This document shows, one piece after another, positions 15,721 through 24,416 of a DNA stretch of 26,332 nt. Made by a program: the position numbers and the translations under genes. Numbering within the stretch: position 1 is the first letter of the stretch; each line of letters begins with the position of its first letter. Source of the DNA: a virus (Duplodnaviria > Caudoviricetes); IMG/VR virus record IMGVR_UViG_3300032136_000020, positions 1 through 26,332 of that record; one strand, given 5' to 3'. The notes below the pieces were generated by a model. It was not told the origin of the DNA. It saw only the letters and a list, made by a program, of their open reading frames with translations, and searched no databases.

Positions 15721-18581
15721 TAGCGGATGCGGCGACGCTTGATCTTGGTTAATTGTACCAACATGTCACTTGCGGCCTGGGTGGTGTTTGCGGCCTGGAT
15801 GGTCACGTTGTTCTGGATGCTGTCACCGGAGCTGTAGTTGCGCAAGGCGCGAAGCAAGTCTCCCCCGGTGCCAGAAGCGCGAGACACGACCCCAGCGGCA
15901 CGCGAGGCGGTATCGGCAGCCCCGGTGGCCTTCATGGTTGCGAAGATGTCCGCAGGAATAACAGTACCGGCGCCAGGAGCCCTCCAGTCACCCCAGGAGG
16001 GAGCGTTGATCTGGCTGAGCTTACCGCTTGCCGACAGGAAGCCTTCCTTGCCGTACTCATTAACGGTGTAGACCTGGCCACCAGCAACGGGGCCGCCGCT
16101 GGCTCTCCGCTGTCGAGGTCCACTGCCTTGGGCTTGTTCTGCTCTTATGATCTGATCCGCAAGGGCCTGAGCCGCCTCGGCGGCCTCCCAGTAGGCGTCT
16201 CTTGCATCGTAGACTTTTCCAATTTGAGTATCCAGTAAGCCAGGAATATCACCAAGGCTATCAATTTGGTCGTCGACCAAACGAGTTGACTCCTCAATTT
16301 GTGTATTGTAATCTTTTTGCTTCTGTTCGTTGCTTTTGAGTTCATCTGCCAGCCTTTCCAAAGCTTTGGTGATGGCGTCTTGACGCTGCTTAGACTCCTC
16401 CTCTGCCTTCTTCTTGTCTGCGTCGTACTGCTTGCGAAGATCCGCCTGCTCTTTCTCTTTCTGCTTAAGCTCTTCAGCTCGACGAGCCTTAATGTTAGCA
16501 CGATCAATCTGCTGATCCAGGCGGTCAAGCGTAGCCTGTGCCTGTACTTTTTCTTCGTAGGAAGCTTCAGCGCTTCGGGTGATAGCCTCTAGCTTTTCTC
16601 GACGAAGACGCTTTTCTTCCTTTTGTGCAGAAGTTAACTGTGATGCGTTTTCAAGCTCAAGGTCGTACTTTTCTTTAATTGCATCGATTTCTTCTTGAAT
16701 TGCTGAGCGGCGCTCCTCGTAATTCTCCTTAAGGTTGTCCGTAACCTCTTTGAGCGCATCTTTCTCATCCTGAAGGGCCTCTTTTTTGAGATCAATGTTT
16801 TCCTTGATCTTTTCGTTCTCTGCTTCAAACTTTGCGTCAATCTGCTCTTTCAGTTCTTTGAGCTTTGCTTCCTCTGCCTCAAACGCACCGAGCAGTGTCT
16901 TAGAGTTGTTGGTGGCGTTTGCGTAAAGTTGATTCAAGCCACGCTCGTACTGCCCTGAGCTAATTACGCCAGCGTCAAGCTGCTGCTTAAGGAGATCGGC
17001 ACTAACCTGGAGGTTGTCAAAGCCGCCCTTGGCAATGCTAACGTTTTGACCCAAGCCAAGAATTGCATCACTCCCTTTCTGGAAGTCGGCACCAAGCCTT
17101 TCTCCGACCGCGGAGATAACGTTAATAGCTTGGGCAACACCTGGAATGTTGCGAATTGCTTCAAAGAGCCTAACGAAGCCTAGGATCAACTTATCAACTG
17201 CCTTGATGGCAATAAACAATCCATTCAGAAACCCCTGCCAAACAACAGAGATAAATTGACCGACAAGCGTAAACAGTGCGCCAAAACCCTCGGACATCCC
17301 GGGTAGGTTCGTAGAAATAGCAGCAAAGAACTGAGTAGTCGTCGTGGCGACTCGCTGCATTGCCTGCCCGAAACCGTCAAAGGTTGCATTCAAACCCTCG
17401 AGGCTAATCGTGTTAAGGGTGGCGCGAACGTTTTCGATTTGCGCAACGTTCATTTTGTCAAGGCGGGTCTGGATCTCACCAAGCGCTCCGCTCAACTGCT
17501 CCTTGGCACTCTTGGCAGCAAAGATGAAAGCCTCACGGAACTTTCCGGCGGTGACCTCGCCATTCCGCATTGCACTGTTAAGGTCGGTGATTCCGTACTG
17601 AGTCTCCAGGTAAAGCGCAACCTGGGAGCGTAAAGCACCGTCAAGTTCAGAGAACTGCTGGTTAAGTTCTTCTGCCTGCAACTTACCTTTACCCATAACC
17701 TGAGCGAAGGCTTCAATGTATCGACCAGACTGTTCGGTATTCAAGCCGAGCTGTACCGTCTTAGCCGCCAAGCCCTCGACCACGGCCTCGACGTCACCCA
17801 GCGACCCGCCCGCCGCAAGAATGGCAGGCGCAATACGCTTGTATCCTCGCTCAATCTGAGTCAGCGATGTTCCGTATTCAAGAGAGATGCCTTTCGCAGA
17901 GGCCAGAACAGCGTTAACATCGCCTTGGTTTGAGATAAAAGCGCTAAGCGACAAGTTTAAGCCCTCAATCTGCTTAGCTCGATTGATTAGCGGCTGGATA
18001 GCGGCGTTGATTGCCTGGAAGACTTCGATGACTCCTTTGGCAATAAACGTTATCTGAGTAAAGGCATTACCCAAGCTTAACACTTTGCCGATGATTGGAA
18101 ACTGTGCCTTGGCTACTCCCAAGATGTCACCATTAGCGCGAGCCAATGATGCAGACAGAGCCTTGACTTGACCGTCAGCTGCCACCCAAGCGGGATTCAG
18201 TTTACCCGCAACAGTGCCAGCCGCCTCATCGGTCTTAGTTGCAACCTTGGCAATCCCGTCACGCAGCTGCTTGGCAGCGTTGACTTGTTGGCGAAGACTT
18301 GTGACAGAGCCTTCTTGCGTTTTATTGAGCTGCTTTTGTTTATTGTTTAGCTTGTCAAACGCTGTCAGGGTTTCCTTGGTCCCGGCCTGGAGCGTCTTGA
18401 TGCCTTTGTCGTCAACCGTCGTTTCAAAGACGACCTCGGTCTTGACCGTGCCGCCAAGCTTCTGGTTGATCGCATACTTTGCTTGCTCAGACCCGTTTCT
18501 CGCCTCCGCCCAAAGCTGGTTGAGCGAGTCGATGCCCTGCTGATTGTTGATCTTGATGTCGTATCTAATACTGTCGGCCAT
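15720..18581 (-). CDS. Tail tape measure protein
   Basis: 953 aa helical; AFAQVMGKGKLQAEELNQQ tape-measure motif; C-terminal RASGGPV..GQVYTVNE.G.E; follows the major tail gene. Confidence 0.95.
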   Translation of the reverse strand: MADSIRYDIKINNQQGIDSLNQLWAEARNGSEQAKYAINQKLGGTVKTEVVFETTVDDKGIKTLQAGTKETLTAFDKLNNKQKQLNKTQEGSVTSLRQQVNAAKQLRDGIAKVATKTDEAAGTVAGKLNPAWVAADGQVKALSASLARANGDILGVAKAQFPIIGKVLSLGNAFTQITFIAKGVIEVFQAINAAIQPLINRAKQIEGLNLSLSAFISNQGDVNAVLASAKGISLEYGTSLTQIERGYKRIAPAILAAGGSLGDVEAVVEGLAAKTVQLGLNTEQSGRYIEAFAQVMGKGKLQAEELNQQFSELDGALRSQVALYLETQYGITDLNSAMRNGEVTAGKFREAFIFAAKSAKEQLSGALGEIQTRLDKMNVAQIENVRATLNTISLEGLNATFDGFGQAMQRVATTTTQFFAAISTNLPGMSEGFGALFTLVGQFISVVWQGFLNGLFIAIKAVDKLILGFVRLFEAIRNIPGVAQAINVISAVGERLGADFQKGSDAILGLGQNVSIAKGGFDNLQVSADLLKQQLDAGVISSGQYERGLNQLYANATNNSKTLLGAFEAEEAKLKELKEQIDAKFEAENEKIKENIDLKKEALQDEKDALKEVTDNLKENYEERRSAIQEEIDAIKEKYDLELENASQLTSAQKEEKRLRREKLEAITRSAEASYEEKVQAQATLDRLDQQIDRANIKARRAEELKQKEKEQADLRKQYDADKKKAEEESKQRQDAITKALERLADELKSNEQKQKDYNTQIEESTRLVDDQIDSLGDIPGLLDTQIGKVYDARDAYWEAAEAAQALADQIIRAEQAQGSGPRQRRASGGPVAGGQVYTVNEYGKEGFLSASGKLSQINAPSWGDWRAPGAGTVIPADIFATMKATGAADTASRAAGVVSRASGTGGDLLRALRNYSSGDSIQNNVTIQAANTTQAASDMLVQLTKIKRRRIR

Positions 18582-18601
18582 CAGTCCTCAACAAGTCGTT
18601 T

Positions 18602-18610
18602 TAGTTTGCC
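18602..18610 (-). promoter_or_regulatory. Putative late promoter GGCAAACTA
   Basis: Just past the terminator; GGCAAACTAAAACGAC is near-identical to the copy at 19778-19793. Confidence 0.72.
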
Positions 18611-18613
18611 ATT

Positions 18614-18635
18614 AAAAAAGGCCCCTTTCGGGGCC
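18614..18635 (-). terminator. Rho-independent terminator after major tail gene
   Basis: GGCCCC-GAAAG-GGGCC-T6 (GAAA loop). Confidence 0.88.
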
Positions 18636-18654
18636 CGTTGGTTGTTTGACTGGA

Positions 18655-19269
18655 TCAGTTGCCAGCGTTCTCGTCGATTTCGAGGACGTAGGGGCCGTAA
18701 CCGGTCAGCGTGCATTCCCAGGACACGATCGAGCCAGCTTCCACAGACTCGGTGTAGCCGGTCAGGGTGCCGTAGCCGTAGACGGTCTCAGTAGTGCCGG
18801 TGGGGCCCACGCGAGCGAACTTAACACGGAGGCTGTCAGCCACGGTGTTCTGCTCGGTGATGCGAAGGATCTGGTAGCCAGCGTCAGAGAAATCAGCCAC
18901 ACCAGCCAGGCTCACGGACCAGGACTTGGAAGTAGCGATCGAAACATTGTAACCCTTCTGGTCGTCGTCGTAGGTGAGGACTTCTTCAGAGTTGGTGTCA
19001 GTCTCCAGGGAGGCATTAGTCAGGCCGAGGAGCTTGACGGGGTTCATGGTACCGTCGGTCGGCTCAGCCGCGGGAGTCGCACCCAGGGAGAACACGCCAG
19101 CGGCGTAGGTGACCTTCTCGTCGGCAGCCACAAGGGCGGTGGTGTCGACGAAGTTGGCAGTACCGTCACCAACGCCACCGGTAACACCGGTGAAGGCGGT
19201 GTCCACAGAAGCCGAAGCCAGTGGAATGAGGTAGCAGTCGTACCCGAAGGCAGCAGAATAGTTAGCCAT
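18655..19269 (-). CDS. Major tail (tube) protein
   Basis: LTNASLETDT..EEV.TYD, KSWSVSLAG, GYG.LTGYTESVEAGSIVSW; high codon bias; upstream of TMP. Confidence 0.9.
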   Translation of the reverse strand: MANYSAAFGYDCYLIPLASASVDTAFTGVTGGVGDGTANFVDTTALVAADEKVTYAAGVFSLGATPAAEPTDGTMNPVKLLGLTNASLETDTNSEEVLTYDDDQKGYNVSIATSKSWSVSLAGVADFSDAGYQILRITEQNTVADSLRVKFARVGPTGTTETVYGYGTLTGYTESVEAGSIVSWECTLTGYGPYVLEIDENAGN

Positions 19270-19319
19270 AGTCAGTTTTCGCGAAAGGGACTATCTGAGA
19301 GGTAGCCCCTCTCATTAGT

Positions 19320-19328
19320 TAGATTTCC
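19320..19328 (-). promoter_or_regulatory. Putative late promoter GGAAATCTA
   Basis: Motif match followed by leader hairpin TGAGAGG-GGCTA-CCTCTCA. Confidence 0.7.
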
Positions 19329-19330
19329 AA

Positions 19331-19762
19331 TCAGCTCAAAATTGGGCTGTCGGAACGGATGACGATCTTGTTTTGGACCAAGGCACCGAGGCCGTCAGAG
19401 ACTGCAACGGTCTGAGTGCTGTAGGAGTTTGCGAACCTGCTGCAGATCAGCTCAGTTGCGGCTTGTAGGTCGGCGCCGGTTGCCGGCTCCCAGGCAATCA
19501 GGAAAACCTGCCAAGTCACCACCATGTCGGCCGCGCTTGAAACGTAGTTTTTGGGCTGCGTGTTGCCCAGATCGTGGATCACGCACTCGAGACCGGACAC
19601 CGACCGCGTTGCCGGCAAGTTCTCGCCTGGAGAGACGACAGAAAGCGCGGAGGAAGAGCTTCCAACTGCAAAGGTATAAGTACCTAGCAAAGCCGCTAGA
19701 TTCGTGTCAGCTGCCAGAGTGCTGTAGATCACCTGGGCAGAAGTGGGAAAAGTCTGTGCCAT
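19331..19762 (-). CDS. Tail terminator-like protein
   Basis: 143 aa, IYSTLAAD..LAALLG start; directly upstream of the major tail gene. Confidence 0.7.
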   Translation of the reverse strand: MAQTFPTSAQVIYSTLAADTNLAALLGTYTFAVGSSSSALSVVSPGENLPATRSVSGLECVIHDLGNTQPKNYVSSAADMVVTWQVFLIAWEPATGADLQAATELICSRFANSYSTQTVAVSDGLGALVQNKIVIRSDSPILS

Positions 19763-19784
19763 CAGGCTGTCTCAAGCGTCGTTT

Positions 19785-19793
19785 TAGTGTGCC
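19785..19793 (-). promoter_or_regulatory. Putative late promoter GGCACACTA
   Basis: Motif match; restarts - strand transcription after the inverted HNH. Confidence 0.72.
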
Positions 19794-19800
19794 TACCCCT

Positions 19801-19809
19801 GGTAGACTA
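19801..19809 (+). promoter_or_regulatory. Putative late promoter GGTAGACTA (divergent)
   Basis: Motif match pointing at the + strand HNH gene. Confidence 0.65.
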
Positions 19810-19887
19810 AGAGCAACAACGAGGATCGCTTATGGCATCGCTTCACAAAAGCCTTCGCTCTTCCGTTGTTACTAATTGGTAATTCGG

Positions 19888-20349
19888 ATGGCTTATCACA
19901 GGCCCAACCTTCCCCTGTACGAACGGATCTCCGACTACCTTTTTAACATGACTGCTCTGACACGGCGTGAGGCCCGTCAGCAGTGGCGGGATTCCATTAA
20001 AGATGCTTGGAATAACCGCTGCGCTTACTGTGGCCAGCCTCCTATCGACGACGATAGCCTGACCGAACTGACTATCGACCACGTCCGCCCCAAGTCCCGT
20101 GGCGGCCAGGATCGCACGACTAACGTGATCCCCGCCTGCGCCAGCTGCAACCATGCTAAGTCGTCCCAGGAATGGGTTGCCTGGTACCGCATGCAGCCAT
20201 TTTACAGCATTTACGGCGAGTGGCGCATTCGCCAGTGGCTGTCTGGCGAAATGCACGAGTTCGGCCCCTATGACGAAGAGGACACCAAGAAGGTAGAGGA
20301 CTACATCACCCAGATCCTCGAGCTTGAAGACTGGCCTACTTCCGCCTGA
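19888..20349 (+). CDS. HNH endonuclease (McrA-like, Zn-binding)
   Basis: RCAYCG...LTIDHVRPKSRGG...NVIPACASCNHAK; ATG 19888. Confidence 0.92.
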   Translation: MAYHRPNLPLYERISDYLFNMTALTRREARQQWRDSIKDAWNNRCAYCGQPPIDDDSLTELTIDHVRPKSRGGQDRTTNVIPACASCNHAKSSQEWVAWYRMQPFYSIYGEWRIRQWLSGEMHEFGPYDEEDTKKVEDYITQILELEDWPTSA

Positions 20350-20956
20350 GAGAGATATTATCCTGAGCCATCACCTTCGTTGGGACCCTGGGAACGTACA
20401 GGGTCTCGATCCTTCCGCATGGCGACTTGAATCGATGCCAGGAATCTCCTGCGGCCTCCTGAGCGATAAGCATACCCTTGTAGCCGTCGCTGGTCTTGAC
20501 GGGAGCCAGTAGTATCGCAGTATCACTAATAAACGCCAGAAGGGCTGGTGGAGTGCTGCTAGCACCACTGGCAAGCTCCCTGTAGCAGAATAAGGCCCAG
20601 CCGGGAAACAAGCGCCGCTCAATAAGCGCCAAAGCCGCTGCGCCACACCTGCCGGCGGGCAGATCCTGTTCGTCACGTGGCTGGTAAAGATAGAAGTCCT
20701 CTGCGCTATAGGGCTTGCGTTGCCTTTTGGAGTCCCTGTTTACATTGGCGATTAAGCTACTCTGTAGCGCAATAGGCCTCTCATGCGCATGCAACTCTTT
20801 CTGGTAGATTTTCTGGGCTTGGTAGTAGGCTTGAACCACGTACTCGAAAGGGAGCTGGTAAAAGCTGTCAAGGGAGAACTCGGGATCCCCTGGAAACAAC
20901 CTTTTTAGCTCCCAATAGTAGCGTTCAAAGTCGTAGACTACTTCGCCCGCGCCTAC
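20336..20956 (-). CDS. Tail assembly chaperone, frameshifted C-terminal part (gpGT-like)
   Basis: The -1 frame is open from the slippery site: KVGAGEVVYDFERYYWELKRLFPGDPEF...; IANVNRDSK...PYSAEDF resembles gpT-type segments. Confidence 0.8.
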   Translation of the reverse strand, partial: VGAGEVVYDFERYYWELKRLFPGDPEFSLDSFYQLPFEYVVQAYYQAQKIYQKELHAHERPIALQSSLIANVNRDSKRQRKPYSAEDFYLYQPRDEQDLPAGRCGAAALALIERRLFPGWALFCYRELASGASSTPPALLAFISDTAILLAPVKTSDGYKGMLIAQEAAGDSWHRFKSPCGRIETLYVPRVPTKVMAQDNISLRRK

Positions 20957-21507
20957 TTTTTTTCGATATCTTCAATAACCTGCTCGTCTGCGCCATCATC
21001 GTGGGCATCTACCAGGCGCTGAACACTCTTCATCTCCTCGTCGTCATATAGCGCCACAAGGCCCTCTATGATGTCCGGGTGTACCTCCATGACATCTTCT
21101 GCAGTCAGCTCAGCGTTGACGCGGTACAGGAGCAGGCAGAAGGCCTTGACGAAGCTGGTGCGAGCAGAGCTGTTAATGGCTGCAGTGATAACCGCGGTAA
21201 CCTCGTCACTAAATTCCCGCCGAATTTCTTCGGCAAACTGCTCATCCTCCGGGGTTCCCGAAATCACCTGAGCAGTAACCTCGTAGGCGTCTTTAATATC
21301 AAGCTTGTACTTCGAGCAAACCTTGCGAACCAAGCCAAGCATTAGCTCCGAAACGCTGTCGTCTTGAGTGCCGTTAGAGACAAAAGCCTTTTCGCCGGCA
21401 GACAAAAACCCTCGACGTTGAATTTCGATCTTGCCAGAATCTTCTGAGCCAACCAGTTCAACGATCGGCTTCAGGCGGGGCTCAACAACAAAGGGCAGCT
21501 TGGCCAT
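20953..21507 (-). CDS. Tail assembly chaperone (gpG-like)
   Basis: Acidic 184 aa ending ...IEKK on GAA AAA AAG TAG. Confidence 0.8.
   Translation of the reverse strand: MAKLPFVVEPRLKPIVELVGSEDSGKIEIQRRGFLSAGEKAFVSNGTQDDSVSELMLGLVRKVCSKYKLDIKDAYEVTAQVISGTPEDEQFAEEIRREFSDEVTAVITAAINSSARTSFVKAFCLLLYRVNAELTAEDVMEVHPDIIEGLVALYDDEEMKSVQRLVDAHDDGADEQVIEDIEKK
20956..20962 (-). other. -1 ribosomal frameshift heptamer A AAA AAG
   Basis: Canonical X XXY YYZ slippery site in the correct phase just before the stop. Confidence 0.85.
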
Positions 21508-21528
21508 GTACTAACCTTGAAAGCGCGT

Positions 21529-21537
21529 TAGTCTACC
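21529..21537 (-). promoter_or_regulatory. Putative late promoter GGTAGACTA
   Basis: Intergenic motif match. Confidence 0.7.
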
Positions 21538-22049
21538 TATAGCCTTCTGAGGATGGCCTGCCTGATCTCCTCGTCAAGGTTGACGCCGGGCACGGGTCCA
21601 TTGCCGTACAAAACCGCGTCAATCCACGGCCTTCCCGGTACATACACTGGCTCAGCGTTAGGATTACCGTAGGGTTGAATATAGCCACCCTCGTGGACAA
21701 ACCGCGCATAGGGAACCCCGTAGTCGATGACGATCGATTCACCCATGACAGCAACCGACTGGCTGTCACGCAGGGCTCCGCTGTCCACAATGTCCCTAGA
21801 GCCATCGCTCCAGCCCCAGACAGGACTGCTTAGGGCAACAGTCAGAGCACTGTCCAGCATCACGACTAGCTCTTGTCGCGCCTCTCTGGTGGCCTGCTCT
21901 AGTTCGGAGGCCGAGCTGTTTACTTCTTTGAGGTTTGGAACAATCTCAACTTCTCCCGGGAGGTTGAGCAAGGCTTGCATTTTGATAGCCCCGACGGCCC
22001 TAGCGGCCTCGTGAACCTTTCTATTAAGGTCTCGCGCAATATCTTCCAT
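21537..22049 (-). CDS. Neck/tail completion protein (HK97 gp10-like)
   Basis: RDIVDSGALRDS, YARFVHEG, PGRPW motifs. Confidence 0.8.
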   Translation of the reverse strand: MEDIARDLNRKVHEAARAVGAIKMQALLNLPGEVEIVPNLKEVNSSASELEQATREARQELVVMLDSALTVALSSPVWGWSDGSRDIVDSGALRDSQSVAVMGESIVIDYGVPYARFVHEGGYIQPYGNPNAEPVYVPGRPWIDAVLYGNGPVPGVNLDEEIRQAILRRL

Positions 22050-22552
22050 CAGCCCTGGATCTCGCCCCCTGTAATTTGCAGCTCGACGCCGCCAATTTCG
22101 CTGTACAGGATCTCATCGATACCCTCGCCACCAAAAACGCCATTAGAGCGCTCTATACGCCCCGTCATGGGCGCTTCCGTCCCAAACTGGAACTCCACCA
22201 CGGTACCAGGCAAAAGGTAGGCCTTCTGGGTCTGCACGTCAGTCCAGGTGACGCCAGAGTCGTCGTCGCCAAGTTCAAAGTCGGCAGCCACCGGAGCGGC
22301 CTGCAGGGCGTAGCCACGGTAGTAAAAGCTGTCACCAGAGGCACCTGGCAGCATTTCCCCGTCCAGTTGACTTTCCAGGGGCAGTCTCTTGGAGCCAGAA
22401 CTCACGCCAGAGTACTGCGCCCGCTTCATGAAGCAGTTCAAATAGTATTTCTGTCCAGCTGCAGCTTGGAACCTGCCACCTACAAGGGAAACAGCTCCCT
22501 CGGCAGTTACCAGGACTTTAGCGTTGGCATATGGGAGGAGTGGGGAAGCCAT
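22049..22552 (-). CDS. Head closure-like protein
   Basis: Synteny between adaptor and neck genes; beta-rich. Confidence 0.65.
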   Translation of the reverse strand: MASPLLPYANAKVLVTAEGAVSLVGGRFQAAAGQKYYLNCFMKRAQYSGVSSGSKRLPLESQLDGEMLPGASGDSFYYRGYALQAAPVAADFELGDDDSGVTWTDVQTQKAYLLPGTVVEFQFGTEAPMTGRIERSNGVFGGEGIDEILYSEIGGVELQITGGEIQG

Positions 22553-22573
22553 GGGCGGGTCCTGCAGTCACAA

Positions 22574-22582
22574 TAGGATGCC
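22574..22582 (-). promoter_or_regulatory. Putative late promoter GGCATCCTA
   Basis: Motif match 21 nt upstream of ATG 22552. Confidence 0.68.
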
Positions 22583-22630
22583 GCGCCCCCAGCTTCCGGC
22601 TCCGCCGGTCGCTTTTCGCGTCTTCGACGC

Positions 22631-23218
22631 TCAGCTCTTCAACTTCAGCCCCTTGCACTTGGCGCAGGAGCAAAGCAAATGCTGCCAGTCCTTGATCTCG
22701 GTAAGCATTGATTGCGCAGCAAGCGCATCTTCCCTGGTCTTCCAGGACCCCAAATACTCTTTTTTCTGGCGTAGTGTCCAGAGGTTGCCAACTTTTGAGA
22801 CGCATCCCTTTCGGTGAATCGTTACACCAGTCTGCAATAGAATCTTGAGCGCGGCTACCGCAGACTGCTCATCCTTAAACACTTGCACGGTTTTTTCCTT
22901 TATCTTTAAGGTCCAGCCCCTGCTGGATTCATAGATCCTGGGTAGGTAGTGAGTTGGGCGGGTATTATTGTTTTGCGTAGATCGATCAGCCCAGCGACAG
23001 TTCCACGGAGCATAGGGGCCGTCGTTGTCGATTCTGTCTATACTGTGACCCTCGGGGCGATCCCCCATGTCAGCTACGAACACCCAGAAGTCATCCCATT
23101 CCGCAGTTACATATATCCCCCTGCCTCCGTAATTAGGATAAGCCGCGCACCTCGGGTTTCTACACCGCTGGCGCATGGCTTTCCACGTGTCGTACAGGGG
23201 ATGTTCCTTTTTATACAC
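22631..23218 (-). CDS. HNH homing endonuclease
   Basis: W.AMRQRC.NP...YGGRGI.V..EW, SIDRIDNDGPY.P.NCRWA...QNNN. Confidence 0.92.
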   Translation of the reverse strand: MYKKEHPLYDTWKAMRQRCRNPRCAAYPNYGGRGIYVTAEWDDFWVFVADMGDRPEGHSIDRIDNDGPYAPWNCRWADRSTQNNNTRPTHYLPRIYESSRGWTLKIKEKTVQVFKDEQSAVAALKILLQTGVTIHRKGCVSKVGNLWTLRQKKEYLGSWKTREDALAAQSMLTEIKDWQHLLCSCAKCKGLKLKS

Positions 23219-23244
23219 TCGGCACAGGGCAACTGCTACCCAGC

Positions 23245-23448
23245 TTACAGACCCAGGGTCCGCTTGGCTTTCTGCATCCTGGGATTACAGTGAGAGCAGA
23301 GCCCGATCTCACCGTCCAGATACTTGGCAAACACGGAGTTCATCTTACGGAACTCGCCGCAGCCATTGCACCAGACGTCAACCAGCTCCAGATCGCTGAA
23401 TTGAGCCAGGATGTCGCCCAAAGGGCCACCTACTTCAGGATGTTGCAT
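23245..23448 (-). CDS. Small zinc-ribbon protein (67 aa)
   Basis: Likely ATG 23448 (MQHPEVGG...); CNGC...CSHC. Confidence 0.65.
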   Translation of the reverse strand: MQHPEVGGPLGDILAQFSDLELVDVWCNGCGEFRKMNSVFAKYLDGEIGLCSHCNPRMQKAKRTLGL

Positions 23449-23483
23449 GGGATTTCCCCCGAACTTCTTACCAGTGTACCGGA

Positions 23484-23888
23484 TCAGGAACGGATCAGGG
23501 GCGTTGTGTAGGCAGAACCACCTACGAAGCTGCCCATGCAGCTGCAGAATGCGAAGTAATTCTTGAGTTCGGCCTGAGTCCGAGCCATTTCTTGCTGAGG
23601 ACCGCTGGCTTGACCTGCTCCGTTGGGGGACCATTCCAAAATATCCGCTTTGATGAGGGTTTTACCCTCTGTATCAGCCAGATTCGCAGTAGACTCGATA
23701 GCTTTTGCAGCCTCGTACTCGTCAAGCAGCGCTTTGACCTTCAAAACGGCCTCGGGGCTCATCTCCTCAAGCTGATTGCAGCAATCCTGGGTGCACTGCA
23801 ACGTGTAGGACCCGAAAGGAAGCATCAGAGCCTCGACAAGGCGTAGGTCGTCGCCACTTTCCCAATTACCGCTGACGTCTAGGGCCAT
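23484..23888 (-). CDS. Head-tail adaptor-like protein
   Basis: 134 aa helical, LIKADILEW, ends LIRS; first gene of the connector block. Confidence 0.7.
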   Translation of the reverse strand: MALDVSGNWESGDDLRLVEALMLPFGSYTLQCTQDCCNQLEEMSPEAVLKVKALLDEYEAAKAIESTANLADTEGKTLIKADILEWSPNGAGQASGPQQEMARTQAELKNYFAFCSCMGSFVGGSAYTTPLIRS

Positions 23889-23892
23889 GACC

Positions 23893-23901
23893 TGCTATAC
23901 T
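23893..23901 (+). promoter_or_regulatory. Possible sigma70 extended -10 (TGcTATACT)
   Basis: 21 nt upstream of the HNH ATG at 23923. Confidence 0.45.
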
Positions 23902-23912
23902 AAAGGCTAGAT

Positions 23913-23921
23913 TAGTGTTCC
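23913..23921 (-). promoter_or_regulatory. Putative late promoter GGAACACTA
   Basis: Motif match followed by ATCTAGC; heads the structural block. Confidence 0.7.
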
Positions 23922-23922
23922 C

Positions 23923-24414
23923 ATGAGAGCCCGTCCTTATCCATTTGACCTTTTTGATGAGTACCTTGAGTACGACCAGACCAGCTCGACCCTGCTGAGG
24001 TGGAAGAAAAGCCCTAACATAAGACAACAGAATGGCCTGGAAGCGGGCGGAAAGGGTCCCGACGGGTACTGGCGCCTACAGCTCAAGGGCAAGACCTGGA
24101 AGGTCCATAGAGTAATCTATGTGCTGACGCATGGTAGCGTCAATCAAGACCTTCACGTCGATCACGCCGACAGAAACAGGGACAACAACCATCCAAGCAA
24201 TTTGATCGCCAGAACCTGCTCGGAAAACAACTCCAACAAAGTATCTGGCCGTGGTAAATACGCTAGACAACGCAAATCCGGCAGGTGGGAAGCGCATTTT
24301 ACGATGCCCGTAAGCGGCAAGTACGTCTATGTCGGAACGTATGACACCGAACTGGAGGCTCACCTGGCGGCCGTAGCAAGGCGCTTGGAACTGTATTGGG
24401 CCATAGAGCCATGA
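23923..24414 (+). CDS. HNH homing endonuclease with AP2-like domain
   Basis: VHRVIY...VDHADRNRDNNHPSNL; GRWEA...YVGTYDTELEAH; similar to 3661..4155. Confidence 0.9.
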   Translation: MRARPYPFDLFDEYLEYDQTSSTLLRWKKSPNIRQQNGLEAGGKGPDGYWRLQLKGKTWKVHRVIYVLTHGSVNQDLHVDHADRNRDNNHPSNLIARTCSENNSNKVSGRGKYARQRKSGRWEAHFTMPVSGKYVYVGTYDTELEAHLAAVARRLELYWAIEP

Positions 24415-24416
24415 TT

